Shown: positions 1 through 7,910 of the stretch, one piece after another
How the letters are laid out: every line of letters begins with the position of its first letter
How positions within the stretch are numbered: the first letter of the stretch is position 1
Source: a virus
Taxonomy: Duplodnaviria > Caudoviricetes
Length of the DNA: 62,606 nt
Reading direction: 5' to 3' (one strand)
IMG/VR virus record: IMGVR_UViG_3300035703_000095
Span: 1-62,606 of that record
Notes under the pieces: model-generated
Databases searched by the model: none
The model's input: only the letters and a program-made list of their open reading frames with translations
What the model was told of the DNA's origin: nothing
Translations under genes and position numbers: made by a program

Positions 1-52
1 ATCTTCATTTACAGGAAGTCTAGTTCTAAGATGGGGTGAGGCACAGGCATAA

Positions 53-80
53 TTGACAATTTGGAAAATTGATATATAAT
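53..80 (+). promoter_or_regulatory. sigma70-type promoter
   Basis: TTGACA (53-58), 16 nt spacer, TATAAT (75-80) upstream of glutaredoxin. Confidence 0.7.
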
Positions 81-103
81 CTTATTATCACTTGATTTAA
101 AAA

Positions 104-340
104 ATGAAGTTTACAGTTTATTCGAAAGATGGTTGCCCATATTGCACAAAAGTGCAGCAAGTATTGGAGCTAGCAAACTTACAACATGTAGTTTATAAAT
201 TAAACGTTGATTTTACTCGTGAAGAATTTTATTCTGAATTTGGGGATGGGTCTACCTTTCCCCAAGTAATTGTCGATGACGTTCACATTGGTGGATGTAC
301 CGACACTGTTCAATACCTTAAAGAGCAAAATTTAGTTTAA
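104..340 (+). CDS. nrdC: glutaredoxin
   Basis: CPYC active site, TFPQV and IGG motifs, 78 aa. Confidence 0.95.
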   Translation: MKFTVYSKDGCPYCTKVQQVLELANLQHVVYKLNVDFTREEFYSEFGDGSTFPQVIVDDVHIGGCTDTVQYLKEQNLV

Positions 341-699
341 TGACCAATACATTTCACGAAGTTTATGGTGATGTTGAGAAAGCAATCGACTATGCTTTCA
401 AAGGACAATTTGTTTTAAAGTTTTATGACTACCTGAAAATTCGTGGAGCTAAAAAGGTAGAGGTGGAAGAGTTTATCGAAAGTTCGACTGCCAATGAAAT
501 AAGTAACCTTGTAATGGATTTGGACGACTATCTTGAAGGTGGTTCAGATGAAATGCATAAACAACTTCGTGAGGGTTATGGGCATATTCCAAAACCAGAA
601 GCGAGAAAAATAAGAAACTACCTTTATAATATTCTCGAAGATGCCTGGAAATATAATCATGACAAAAGACCAGGAAGAAGGAAAAAGCAAACTAAATAA
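340..699 (+). CDS. conserved cyanophage hypothetical protein
   Basis: 119 aa ORF coupled to the upstream stop (TAATG). Confidence 0.8.
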   Translation: MTNTFHEVYGDVEKAIDYAFKGQFVLKFYDYLKIRGAKKVEVEEFIESSTANEISNLVMDLDDYLEGGSDEMHKQLREGYGHIPKPEARKIRNYLYNILEDAWKYNHDKRPGRRKKQTK

Positions 700-862
700 A
701 AACGAACCCCAAATTAATCGGGGAGTTGAGTTATTACTACGCAATAGGAGAAGATCAGAAAAACCAAAAACTTTTCAAGTGAAGTTTGGTAAAATGATCT
801 CTCTGTTCAAAAGAGAGTTTCACTTTTTTATAGAATTTCACTTTGATGTTAGGAAAAAATAA
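641..862 (+). CDS. hypothetical protein
   Basis: 73 aa ORF filling the gap in a co-directional run; start uncertain. Confidence 0.6.
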   Translation: MPGNIIMTKDQEEGKSKLNKNEPQINRGVELLLRNRRRSEKPKTFQVKFGKMISLFKREFHFFIEFHFDVRKK

Positions 863-880
863 ACTCTCTGGAGAAAAAAA

Positions 881-1102
881 ATGCTAGCAGTAACTCTGAC
901 CATAGGGACATTAGTTTCAATTATGTTCTTTTTTGTAGGAGGTGTGGTAGGATGGTTGGCAAAGGAACATTTCTATCAAACTTCCCCAGTTTACACTCAC
1001 CCAGAGATGTTTGATCACAATGGGAATGTAATACCCGACGAAATTTTAGCTGTGAGATTTGAAAATGACTACGACTACGAAGACGAAGAAGACGACGACT
1101 GA
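881..1102 (+). CDS. small membrane protein with acidic tail
   Basis: GGAG RBS, N-terminal hydrophobic helix, HPEMFD motif. Confidence 0.8.
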   Translation: MLAVTLTIGTLVSIMFFFVGGVVGWLAKEHFYQTSPVYTHPEMFDHNGNVIPDEILAVRFENDYDYEDEEDDD

Positions 1103-1637
1103 AAAACCTATCGAAACTCTTCCGACAAACCCTTTTGTTTTTGAGATTTTAGAACTTGCTTCAAAGCAAAGAACTAATGCAAAGAAAGTTGAAGTTCTTA
1201 AAACTTACGAGCACGATTCATTAAAGACTATTTTTATTTGGAATTTTGATGAAAGTGTTATCTCTCTTCTTCCTGAAGGTGATGTTCCCTATGCAGATCC
1301 AAAAGAGCAAACAGTATATTCTGGATCTCTTTCAGAAAATTTATCAAGAGAAGCAGCAGGTGGAGAATCTGCCACTGGACAAGATCTGGTGGCCAGAGGT
1401 CGTACATCTCTCCGCAGAGAATATCAAAACCTTTATCACTATGTTAGGGGTGGAAATAATACTCTTACAACGGTTCGTCGTGAAATGATGTTTATCAATC
1501 TTCTGCAAGGTCTTCATCCAAAAGAAGCAGAGGTTTTGATTCTTACAAAAGATAAGCGACTGACCGATAAATACAAGATAACTTTTGAGAATGTGAAAGA
1601 GGCATATCCAGATGTTCAGTGGGGTGGCCGTTCGTGA
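1059..1637 (+). CDS. conserved T4-like phage hypothetical protein (DUF6433-like)
   Basis: LPEGDVPY and RREMMFINLLQGLHPKEAE motifs. Confidence 0.75.
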   Translation: MKMTTTTKTKKTTTEKPIETLPTNPFVFEILELASKQRTNAKKVEVLKTYEHDSLKTIFIWNFDESVISLLPEGDVPYADPKEQTVYSGSLSENLSREAAGGESATGQDLVARGRTSLRREYQNLYHYVRGGNNTLTTVRREMMFINLLQGLHPKEAEVLILTKDKRLTDKYKITFENVKEAYPDVQWGGRS

Positions 1638-1969
1638 CTATTGCAACTGATACGGAGAAGGGTATGGCAGAATATTCAAATGAAGAGAGAATTATTTCGC
1701 CTAGTGCATATGGATGTGAAATTCTTCTAGAAAAAACATCTCTTGCTCAAGCAAAGGACTCTTCTTTTCCCAGTGATGCGTATCTAATTTGGTACAAAGT
1801 AGAAGAAGAAACTTGTATTGATTTGGTAAGAGGGACTAGAGTTCGTATTTTTGATATGTATTATGATAAACTAGGCCCTGGTGCAGTTCAAAAAATTGAT
1901 TTTGGATATGGAAGAACAAATCCAAAACTGTGGGGTATTAAACAACCGGAGAAAAAGAAGAGAAAATGA
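1619..1969 (+). CDS. hypothetical protein
   Basis: 116 aa ORF, IFDMYYD...GYGRTNPKLWG; start uncertain. Confidence 0.75.
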   Translation: MGWPFVTIATDTEKGMAEYSNEERIISPSAYGCEILLEKTSLAQAKDSSFPSDAYLIWYKVEEETCIDLVRGTRVRIFDMYYDKLGPGAVQKIDFGYGRTNPKLWGIKQPEKKKRK

Positions 1970-2178
1970 GTGCTGGATTTGGAGGTCAGGGAAAAGAAAA
2001 TAGAGTCGGTAAAGACGCAAATATAACCATTGACCTAGATAACATCGATCAAGTTATCAAGAAATATAAGAAGATTAGAAAATATATGAAGTCTTCTTTG
2101 TTTGCCGTAAAAACAATTGACGGCACAGAAGAAGTTGTGAGTTCGCTTATCAAAGAAGCGGAGGAGAATCCTTTGTAA
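1966..2178 (+). CDS. hypothetical protein
   Basis: ATGA overlap with the upstream gene. Confidence 0.7.
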   Translation: MSAGFGGQGKENRVGKDANITIDLDNIDQVIKKYKKIRKYMKSSLFAVKTIDGTEEVVSSLIKEAEENPL

Positions 2179-2504
2179 TGGGAAAACATTATCTACTTAA
2201 TTTGTATGGATGCTCATTTGTCCTACTGGACGATGAGCGTTGTCTTATAGATTTACTAGAAAATGCAGCCGCTGCAAGTGGTGCTACAGTAATTCAAACC
2301 ATTTCTAAAAAGTTTGATCCTCAGGGAGTTACTGTACTCTGTTTGCTGTCAGAAAGTCATATCAGTATTCATACTTGGCCAGAGGAAGGAACTGCAGCAG
2401 TAGATGTTTATACTTGTGGTGATTGCAACCCAAAGATTGGATGTGATATTATTATTCAACAACTTTATGCAACTGATCATAAGTTAACTTATATTGAGCG
2501 GTAA
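2178..2504 (+). CDS. speD: S-adenosylmethionine decarboxylase proenzyme
   Basis: GKH start, FDPQGVT, LSESHISIHTWPE (Glu-Ser pyruvoyl cleavage site), DVYTCG. Confidence 0.93.
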   Translation: MGKHYLLNLYGCSFVLLDDERCLIDLLENAAAASGATVIQTISKKFDPQGVTVLCLLSESHISIHTWPEEGTAAVDVYTCGDCNPKIGCDIIIQQLYATDHKLTYIER

Positions 2505-2514
2505 CAAATGTTAC
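2501..2514. promoter_or_regulatory. NtcA binding site
   Basis: GTAACAAATGTTAC matches GTA-N8-TAC and is palindromic; 8 nt upstream of a -35 box. Confidence 0.75.
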
Positions 2515-2522
2515 AAAAGTAC

Positions 2523-2551
2523 TTGACTATATAAGTCAATGGGTCTATAAT
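2523..2551 (+). promoter_or_regulatory. sigma70-type promoter of the riboswitch operon
   Basis: TTGACT-17-TATAAT; predicted start near 2558, just before the aptamer. Confidence 0.85.
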
Positions 2552-2558
2552 TACCCAA

Positions 2559-2598
2559 CGTTCATCCCTATGGGACGGAAGTAAGCCGACTCGGAACG
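2559..2598 (+). ncRNA. glutamine riboswitch aptamer 1 (glnA-motif type)
   Basis: CGTTCA-[TCCC-TAT-GGGA]-CGGAAGTAAGCCGACTCG-GAACG; P1 CGTTC/GAACG and the CGGAAGTA core. Confidence 0.8.
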
Positions 2599-2601
2599 GA
2601 T

Positions 2602-2771
2602 CGTTCATCTATGGAAGCACTCATTCTAACCTGCTTACAAGCACAATTAATTGCTGGAAGAGTCTATCAACAAGGTCTTCCGAAACAAGCAAAGAATGAT
2701 TTAATTTGGGAGATTAAACAGATCTCTCCAAAGGAGTGTAAAATAGACGCAAAAGCCGACTGAAGGAACGC
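2602..2771 (+). ncRNA. glutamine riboswitch aptamer 2 with expanded P2 loop
   Basis: CGTTCA-TCTAT...ATAGA-CGCAAAAGCCGACTGAAGGAACGC; shares AAGCCGACT with aptamer 1. Confidence 0.65.
2611..2763 (+). CDS. 50-aa ORF nested in aptamer 2
   Basis: Hand translation: MEALILTCLQAQLIAGRVYQQGLPKQAKNDLIWEIKQISPKECKIDAKAD*. Confidence 0.6.
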   Translation: MEALILTCLQAQLIAGRVYQQGLPKQAKNDLIWEIKQISPKECKIDAKAD

Positions 2772-2803
2772 TCTTTAACCTAAAAAACTAAGGAGAAAAC
2801 CTA

Positions 2804-2941
2804 ATGTCTAAAGTAGTATATCGCGGCGTTGAATACGATACGCAAAAGCGTTTAGAGTATCAACAGCAGATGATGCAACAACCCCAACAGTACAACGAAA
2901 CCTATCGCGGTGTTAAGTTTGTAAAGGAGGGGCACAAATGA
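2804..2941 (+). CDS. DUF4278-family small protein
   Basis: AAGGAG RBS; MSKVVYRGVEY...TYRGVKF has two YRGV motifs; Gln-rich; lies downstream of a glutamine riboswitch as is typical for the family. Confidence 0.85.
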   Translation: MSKVVYRGVEYDTQKRLEYQQQMMQQPQQYNETYRGVKFVKEGHK

Positions 2942-3039
2942 ATACTTACTTCGTTCGTTATCTCAAGAAAAAAGCAAAGAAGGAACAACTTCTTCATAAC
3001 GCACAATTGAATATGGCAAAGCAACCACAAGTTGCATGA
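2938..3039 (+). CDS. 33-aa basic peptide
   Basis: AGGAGG RBS, ATGA overlap; MNTYFVRYLKKKAKKEQLLHNAQLNMAKQPQVA*. Confidence 0.65.
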   Translation: MNTYFVRYLKKKAKKEQLLHNAQLNMAKQPQVA

Positions 3040-3042
3040 TAT

Positions 3043-3072
3043 AAGAGGGGACTTGACTCCCCTCTTTTTTTT
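3043..3072 (+). terminator. intrinsic terminator
   Basis: AGAGGGGA-CTTGAC-TCCCCTCT followed by a T run. Confidence 0.9.
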
Positions 3073-3081
3073 AACTATAAT
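3053..3081 (+). promoter_or_regulatory. sigma70 promoter overlapping the terminator
   Basis: TTGACT (3053) -17- TATAAT (3076). Confidence 0.75.
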
Positions 3082-3102
3082 TAGTTCATCAGGATTGATT
3101 CT

Positions 3103-3282
3103 ATGGATAAAGAAAAACTCAAACTGATTGTAAAAAATCTTGAATCTCTTGTAGAATGCCTTAAATCGGAAGTTTATTCTGATCCAGAGTCTTATAAACA
3201 AGAGTCTAGATATAATCAAATTTCTAATTACATAACAGATTACGACGAAGTATTTTATGACGATGATGGATATCCCGACTGA
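3103..3282 (+). CDS. 59-aa hypothetical protein
   Basis: Hand translation MDKEKLKLIVKNLESLVECLKSEVYSD...DDDGYPD*; AGGA RBS. Confidence 0.75.
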   Translation: MDKEKLKLIVKNLESLVECLKSEVYSDPESYKQESRYNQISNYITDYDEVFYDDDGYPD

Positions 3283-3982
3283 ATATGAGTTCATGAAACC
3301 AGAAGTAAAACTCATTAGTGTGACACCAGATGCAGAGAAGCATATGGCGTATTGTGCAAGGGTTAGTAACCCTAATAACCAACATAATGATAAGTTTTCT
3401 GGTCTTCTCAAGTATTGCATTCAGCATCAACACTGGAGCATCTTTGAGCAGGCTTCAATGACTGTTGAGATCAATACTACAAGAGGAATTGCAGCCCAGA
3501 TACTGCGCCACCGTTCGTTTACATTCCAGGAATTTTCACAACGGTATGCCGACACAAATCTTTTGGGCGGAACTATTCCTCTTCCAGAACTGCGCCGACA
3601 AGATGATAAGAATCGTCAAAATAGTATTGATGACATTCCCGATTATTTGAAACTGGTTCTCCTAGAGGACATTCGCGTTCTCTTTGAGCACTCTCAGAGG
3701 GTCTACAATCGCCTTCTAGAGAAAGGTGTGGCAAAGGAGTGCGCTCGCTTTGTATTGCCCTTAGCGACGCCTACACGCCTCTATATGACTGGCTCTGTAA
3801 GGTCATGGGTGCATTATATCGATCTCCGTTCGGCCCATGGAACGCAGAAAGAACACATGGAGATTGCAGAACTGGTTCGTTGTATTTTTACTTGCCAGTT
3901 TCCTGCAGTATCTGAAGCACTTGGGTGGACTCGTGATGGATGTTCTGAGTGTGTAGATGCTCCATCCATCACCATTGAATAA
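3257..3982 (+). CDS. thyX: flavin-dependent thymidylate synthase
   Basis: HWSIFE and RHRSFTFQEFSQRY signature; true start may be 3293. Confidence 0.96.
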   Translation: MTMMDIPTEYEFMKPEVKLISVTPDAEKHMAYCARVSNPNNQHNDKFSGLLKYCIQHQHWSIFEQASMTVEINTTRGIAAQILRHRSFTFQEFSQRYADTNLLGGTIPLPELRRQDDKNRQNSIDDIPDYLKLVLLEDIRVLFEHSQRVYNRLLEKGVAKECARFVLPLATPTRLYMTGSVRSWVHYIDLRSAHGTQKEHMEIAELVRCIFTCQFPAVSEALGWTRDGCSECVDAPSITIE

Positions 3983-4007
3983 ATAAACTTACATATTATT
4001 TTAATAA

Positions 4008-4256
4008 ATGGCAACATATCCTGTTATCAATAAACAAACTGGTGAACAAAAAGAAGTGACTCTTAGCGTTCACGATTGGGATCAGTGGAAAAAAGATAAT
4101 CCCGATTGGGATAGAGATTGGTCCGATCCAAGTACATGTCCATCATCTGGAGAACTTGGCGAAGTCTATGATCGACTCAAAAAGTCTCATCCTGGATGGA
4201 ATGATGTTCTTCACGCAGCATCAAAAGCTCCAGGATCAAAAGTAAAACCAATCTGA
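4008..4256 (+). CDS. conserved hypothetical protein preceding phoH
   Basis: 82 aa, MATYPVINKQTGE; usual position in T4-like cyanophages. Confidence 0.8.
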   Translation: MATYPVINKQTGEQKEVTLSVHDWDQWKKDNPDWDRDWSDPSTCPSSGELGEVYDRLKKSHPGWNDVLHAASKAPGSKVKPI

Positions 4257-4267
4257 TTTTTATTAAA

Positions 4268-5023
4268 ATGCCCACAAAAAGAAATGCACCAAAAACTCCT
4301 GTTCCATTTGGCATGAGCAATAGACAAATGAAGAGAAAGAAACCAATCAATTCTGATTTGATGAGGACTATTGAACCTCTAACTGAAAATCAAGAAGAAC
4401 TCTTCCGCTGCTATAAAAACGACCAGAACCTAGTTGCATACGGTTGTGCTGGCACAGGTAAAACATTCATTACTCTTTATAATGCGCTAAGAGATGTACT
4501 AAATGAAAAAACTCCTTACGAAAAAATCTATATCGTTAGGTCTCTTGTTGCTACTCGGGAAATTGGTTTCCTTCCTGGTGATCATGAAGATAAGTCATCA
4601 CTTTATCAAATTCCCTATAAGAATATGGTGAAGTATATGTTTGAGATGCCAGATGAGTCATCCTTTGAAATGCTCTATGGCAATCTTAAAACTCAAGGTA
4701 CAATCAGCTTTTGGAGCACTTCTTTTATTCGTGGAACAACTCTTGACAATGCAATCATTATCGTTGATGAGTTCCAAAACTTGAACTATCATGAACTTGA
4801 TAGCATCATTACTCGTGTTGGTGAGAATAGTAAAATTATGTTCTGTGGTGATGCTACCCAGTCTGATCTTATTAAGACCAATGAAAAGAATGGCATTGTT
4901 GACTTCATGAAAGTCCTTCGTATCATGCCTTCAATTGATATTATTGAATTTGGAGTAGAAGATATTGTTCGCTCTGGATTAGTGAAAGAATATATTCTTG
5001 CGAAAATGGAAGTTGGTGTATGA
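4268..5023 (+). CDS. phoH: PhoH-family ATPase
   Basis: GCAGTGKT Walker A, IGFLPG, RGTTLD, DEFQN, GDATQSD. Confidence 0.96.
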   Translation: MPTKRNAPKTPVPFGMSNRQMKRKKPINSDLMRTIEPLTENQEELFRCYKNDQNLVAYGCAGTGKTFITLYNALRDVLNEKTPYEKIYIVRSLVATREIGFLPGDHEDKSSLYQIPYKNMVKYMFEMPDESSFEMLYGNLKTQGTISFWSTSFIRGTTLDNAIIIVDEFQNLNYHELDSIITRVGENSKIMFCGDATQSDLIKTNEKNGIVDFMKVLRIMPSIDIIEFGVEDIVRSGLVKEYILAKMEVGV

Positions 5024-5703
5024 GTTTTATTCATCATAATTTTTTAGGTGACGTTGAATTAGAAAAAAAAGAACAGAACGGCATCCGTCTCTATAATCTA
5101 CCAAATGGAGAATGGGTGCCTTCTATTACTTCGGTCACTTCTTTTTACAATCGTCAGATCTTCGTGAAGTGGAGAGAGCGTGTTGGCCTTGAAGAAGCAA
5201 ATCGTATTACTAAAAGAGCGACTGCAAGAGGAACTGACTTTCACCAAGTCTGTCAGGATTATCTTGAGAATAAAGAACTAAACTGGGATGATTATCAACC
5301 CATGACAAAGTTTATGTTTCATCATTTGAAACCTGAACTTGATAAGATAAATAATATTCATGCAATTGAAAGAACTTTATACTCTGAGTACTTTGGGCTT
5401 GCTGGACGAGTAGATTGTATTGCAGAGTATGATGGAGAACTTGCAGTTATTGACTTCAAGACCTCTGAAAAAATTAAACCAGAAGAATGGATTGAAAATT
5501 ATTTCGTTCAGGAGATGTTCTATGCATCTGCCTATTATGAAATGACTCAAATTCCAATTAAAAAATTAATAACATTGATGGTTACTCCTGGTGGAGAAGT
5601 TAAAGTATTTGACAAAAGAAACAAAGACGATTATATTAAACTATTAGTTCGTTATATTAAAGAATTTGTACATCACAATACTGGGACAACGAATGGAGAA
5701 TGA
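5020..5703 (+). CDS. PD-(D/E)XK exonuclease
   Basis: PSITSV, RGTDFH, AGRVDCI...IDFKTS. Confidence 0.88.
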   Translation: MSFIHHNFLGDVELEKKEQNGIRLYNLPNGEWVPSITSVTSFYNRQIFVKWRERVGLEEANRITKRATARGTDFHQVCQDYLENKELNWDDYQPMTKFMFHHLKPELDKINNIHAIERTLYSEYFGLAGRVDCIAEYDGELAVIDFKTSEKIKPEEWIENYFVQEMFYASAYYEMTQIPIKKLITLMVTPGGEVKVFDKRNKDDYIKLLVRYIKEFVHHNTGTTNGE

Positions 5704-5950
5704 ATTAGAAAAGGTATTAGAGAGTAAATTTTTCTGCCCTTCTCGTTTCGCTCAAGAAATTGAAAATCTTGTTCATAGTGAAGAGAAGATGAGCTACATC
5801 GATGCGATTATTCTTTTTTGCGAGAAGAATAACATCGATGTTGAGTCTGTACCTAAACTGATTTCAAAACCATTGAAAGAAAAAATTAAGTATGAAGCTA
5901 TGGAACTTAACTTCCTCAAAAAGACTTCCAGAGCAAAATTGGTATTTTAA
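5692..5950 (+). CDS. gp33: late transcription coactivator gp33
   Basis: YIDAI...LISKPLKEKIKYEAMELNFL; position before gp59. Confidence 0.88.
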
Positions 5951-6005
5951 TCCATTTTTGGTCGAAAAAAACTCCGGCAAAAAATTCCCTATATTACTTT
6001 TTTGA

Positions 6006-6602
6006 ATGATGCCTTTTGATGCCTATAAATGTTATTTGTCTTTAAAGAATCATTTCACTAAAGACAGTTATGACTACCATAAGTATTGTGGTAAGAGTCG
6101 TGCAACTGTTCAATCTTTTTATAAGAGAAAAGATCGAATGTGGTTCGAAAAAGTTGCACGACAAAAGACCGACAAGGAAGTGATAGATTTTTTTGTAGCC
6201 AATTTCGTTTCCTGTAATGATCCCGAAACCCTTTGGATTGGGGAAATGATCAAAGAAGGTGAAGTGAGATATCAAAATTGGCAAAAGAAAATCCAATCAC
6301 TTTCTTATATTTTTAAAGAAGAATCTCAAAGTCTCTTTGAAGAGAACAAATTTGAGGATGTTTTTAAGTGCTCAAAAGGACATCCCATTCTTCTCAAGAA
6401 GTTCCTGAACGGGAAAATTAGCCTGGAAACACTAGTCATCTACGATAGAATTTTCCTGTTCGGGAATACGTTTGATAAGAAACTTCAAGACCCGGTGTGG
6501 CAAACCGTCAGTCGTAGGATTAAAAAATATAATCCGTTTCTAAATATTGATGTATTTCGTTTTCGTAAAATTTTGAAAGAAATCGTTCTGGAGGATTCAT
6601 GA
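6006..6602 (+). CDS. gp59: helicase loader gp59
   Basis: YLSLKNHF, YDYHKYCGK, FYKRKDR, ISLETL. Confidence 0.9.
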   Translation: MMPFDAYKCYLSLKNHFTKDSYDYHKYCGKSRATVQSFYKRKDRMWFEKVARQKTDKEVIDFFVANFVSCNDPETLWIGEMIKEGEVRYQNWQKKIQSLSYIFKEESQSLFEENKFEDVFKCSKGHPILLKKFLNGKISLETLVIYDRIFLFGNTFDKKLQDPVWQTVSRRIKKYNPFLNIDVFRFRKILKEIVLEDS

Positions 6603-6943
6603 CTTTCTTCAATTCTGAAGTTGTCCGCGCAGAGATGACTGAAATTGCGGAACTGCAAGAAGAAGTTTATTCAAACGTCTTCAAATTTCCTGCAATGTCG
6701 AAAGAAGAAAAACTTGAACATGTTGGTCTTTTGGAAAGACTTCTAGATAAACAAAAAGTTCTTTATACAAGAATGAGTTTGTCTGATGATCCAGAAGCTA
6801 AAGAAATGAAGGAAAGAATTATGCAATCTGCGATCATGATGGGTATGCCTCCTGGCACTGATATGAGCATCATTTTGAACAATATGTCCAGAATGCTTGA
6901 ATTGATGAAAACCCAGATTGACAAGACGGGTTCCGACCTGTAG
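6599..6943 (+). CDS. DUF1825-like cyanophage protein
   Basis: FFNSEVV, RMSLSDDPEA. Confidence 0.7.
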   Translation: MTFFNSEVVRAEMTEIAELQEEVYSNVFKFPAMSKEEKLEHVGLLERLLDKQKVLYTRMSLSDDPEAKEMKERIMQSAIMMGMPPGTDMSIILNNMSRMLELMKTQIDKTGSDL

Positions 6944-6946
6944 AAT
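6918..6946 (+). promoter_or_regulatory. sigma70 promoter for gp32
   Basis: TTGACA-17-TAGAAT. Confidence 0.8.
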
Positions 6947-6992
6947 AACGAAGTACACAAAAGCCAAATCCGTACAAATCCGAGGTAATCTA

Positions 6993-7910
6993 ATGTCTTT
7001 TGCTGATCTTAAAAAACAATCTTCTCTTGGTTCTCTTACTCAGAAACTGGTTAAAGAAGTAGAGAAGATGAGTTCAAACTCCAACGGCGCAGATGAGCGT
7101 CTTTGGAAACCAGAAATGGATAAAACTGGCAATGGTTATGCAGTTATCCGTTTCCTGCCTGCACCAGAGGGTGAAGAACTTCCCTGGGTAAAGATGTATT
7201 CACATGCTTTCCAAGGTCCTGGTGGTTGGTATATTGAAAACAGCCTTACTACTTTGGGTCAAAAAGATCCTGTTTCTGAACACAATCGTGAACTGTGGAA
7301 CAGTGGTAGTGAGAAAGATAAGGAAACTGTTCGTAAACAAAAGCGTAAACTGTCTTATTACAGCAACATCTACGTTGTGAAGGATCCTGCAAATCCTGCA
7401 AATGAAGGTAAAGTCTTCCTGTTCAAGTATGGCAAAAAGATCTTTGACAAGATCATGGAAGCTATGCAACCTGAGTTTGAAGATGAAACTCCTATCAATC
7501 CTTTTGACTTCTGGCAAGGTGCTAACTTCAAACTGAAGTTGGTGAAAAAGGATGGTTATTGGAACTACGACAAGTCAGAGTTTGATCGTGTCGCTCCTCT
7601 CCTGGACGATGATGATGCTCTGGAAGCAGTTTGGAAGAAGCAATATTCTCTGTCTGCAGTAACCGCTCCCGACCAATTCAAGTCCTATGAAGATCTTGAA
7701 AAGCGTCTGAAGTATGTTCTTGGTCAAAAACCTGTAGCACGTCCTCGTCTTGATGAAGAAGTTGACGATGAGGACAATGATCGTGGTAGTTATACTCCCG
7801 ATTTTACTTCTCGTCGCTCTGAGCCTGAACTTCCTGTTGTAACTTCAAGTTCCGTTGATGAAGATGAAGATGATGCACTTTCATACTTCCAGCGTCTTGC
7901 TGAAGAGTGA
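6993..7910 (+). CDS. gp32: single-stranded DNA-binding protein gp32
   Basis: GNGYAVIRFLP, WYIENS, FKYGKKIFDKI, acidic C-terminus; GAGG RBS before ATG 6993. Confidence 0.96.
   Translation: MSFADLKKQSSLGSLTQKLVKEVEKMSSNSNGADERLWKPEMDKTGNGYAVIRFLPAPEGEELPWVKMYSHAFQGPGGWYIENSLTTLGQKDPVSEHNRELWNSGSEKDKETVRKQKRKLSYYSNIYVVKDPANPANEGKVFLFKYGKKIFDKIMEAMQPEFEDETPINPFDFWQGANFKLKLVKKDGYWNYDKSEFDRVAPLLDDDDALEAVWKKQYSLSAVTAPDQFKSYEDLEKRLKYVLGQKPVARPRLDEEVDDEDNDRGSYTPDFTSRRSEPELPVVTSSSVDEDEDDALSYFQRLAEE

Noticed and set aside
2938-3039. Calling the 33-aa peptide an IF7/GifA homolog
   Set aside because: Only basic character and context match; no recognisable sequence motif
2902-3433. 172-aa and 69-aa minus-strand ORFs
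   Set aside because: They overlap plus-strand small genes, a terminator and thyX, which have RBSs and recognisable motifs
5020-5703. Cas4-like nuclease as a sign of a CRISPR system
   Set aside because: No Fe-S cysteine cluster, no cas genes and no repeat-spacer array seen; it is a core T4-like cyanophage exonuclease
5951-6005. Phased A/T tracts between gp33 and gp59 as an origin or bent DNA
   Set aside because: Too short and not distinguishable from AT-rich background without comparison
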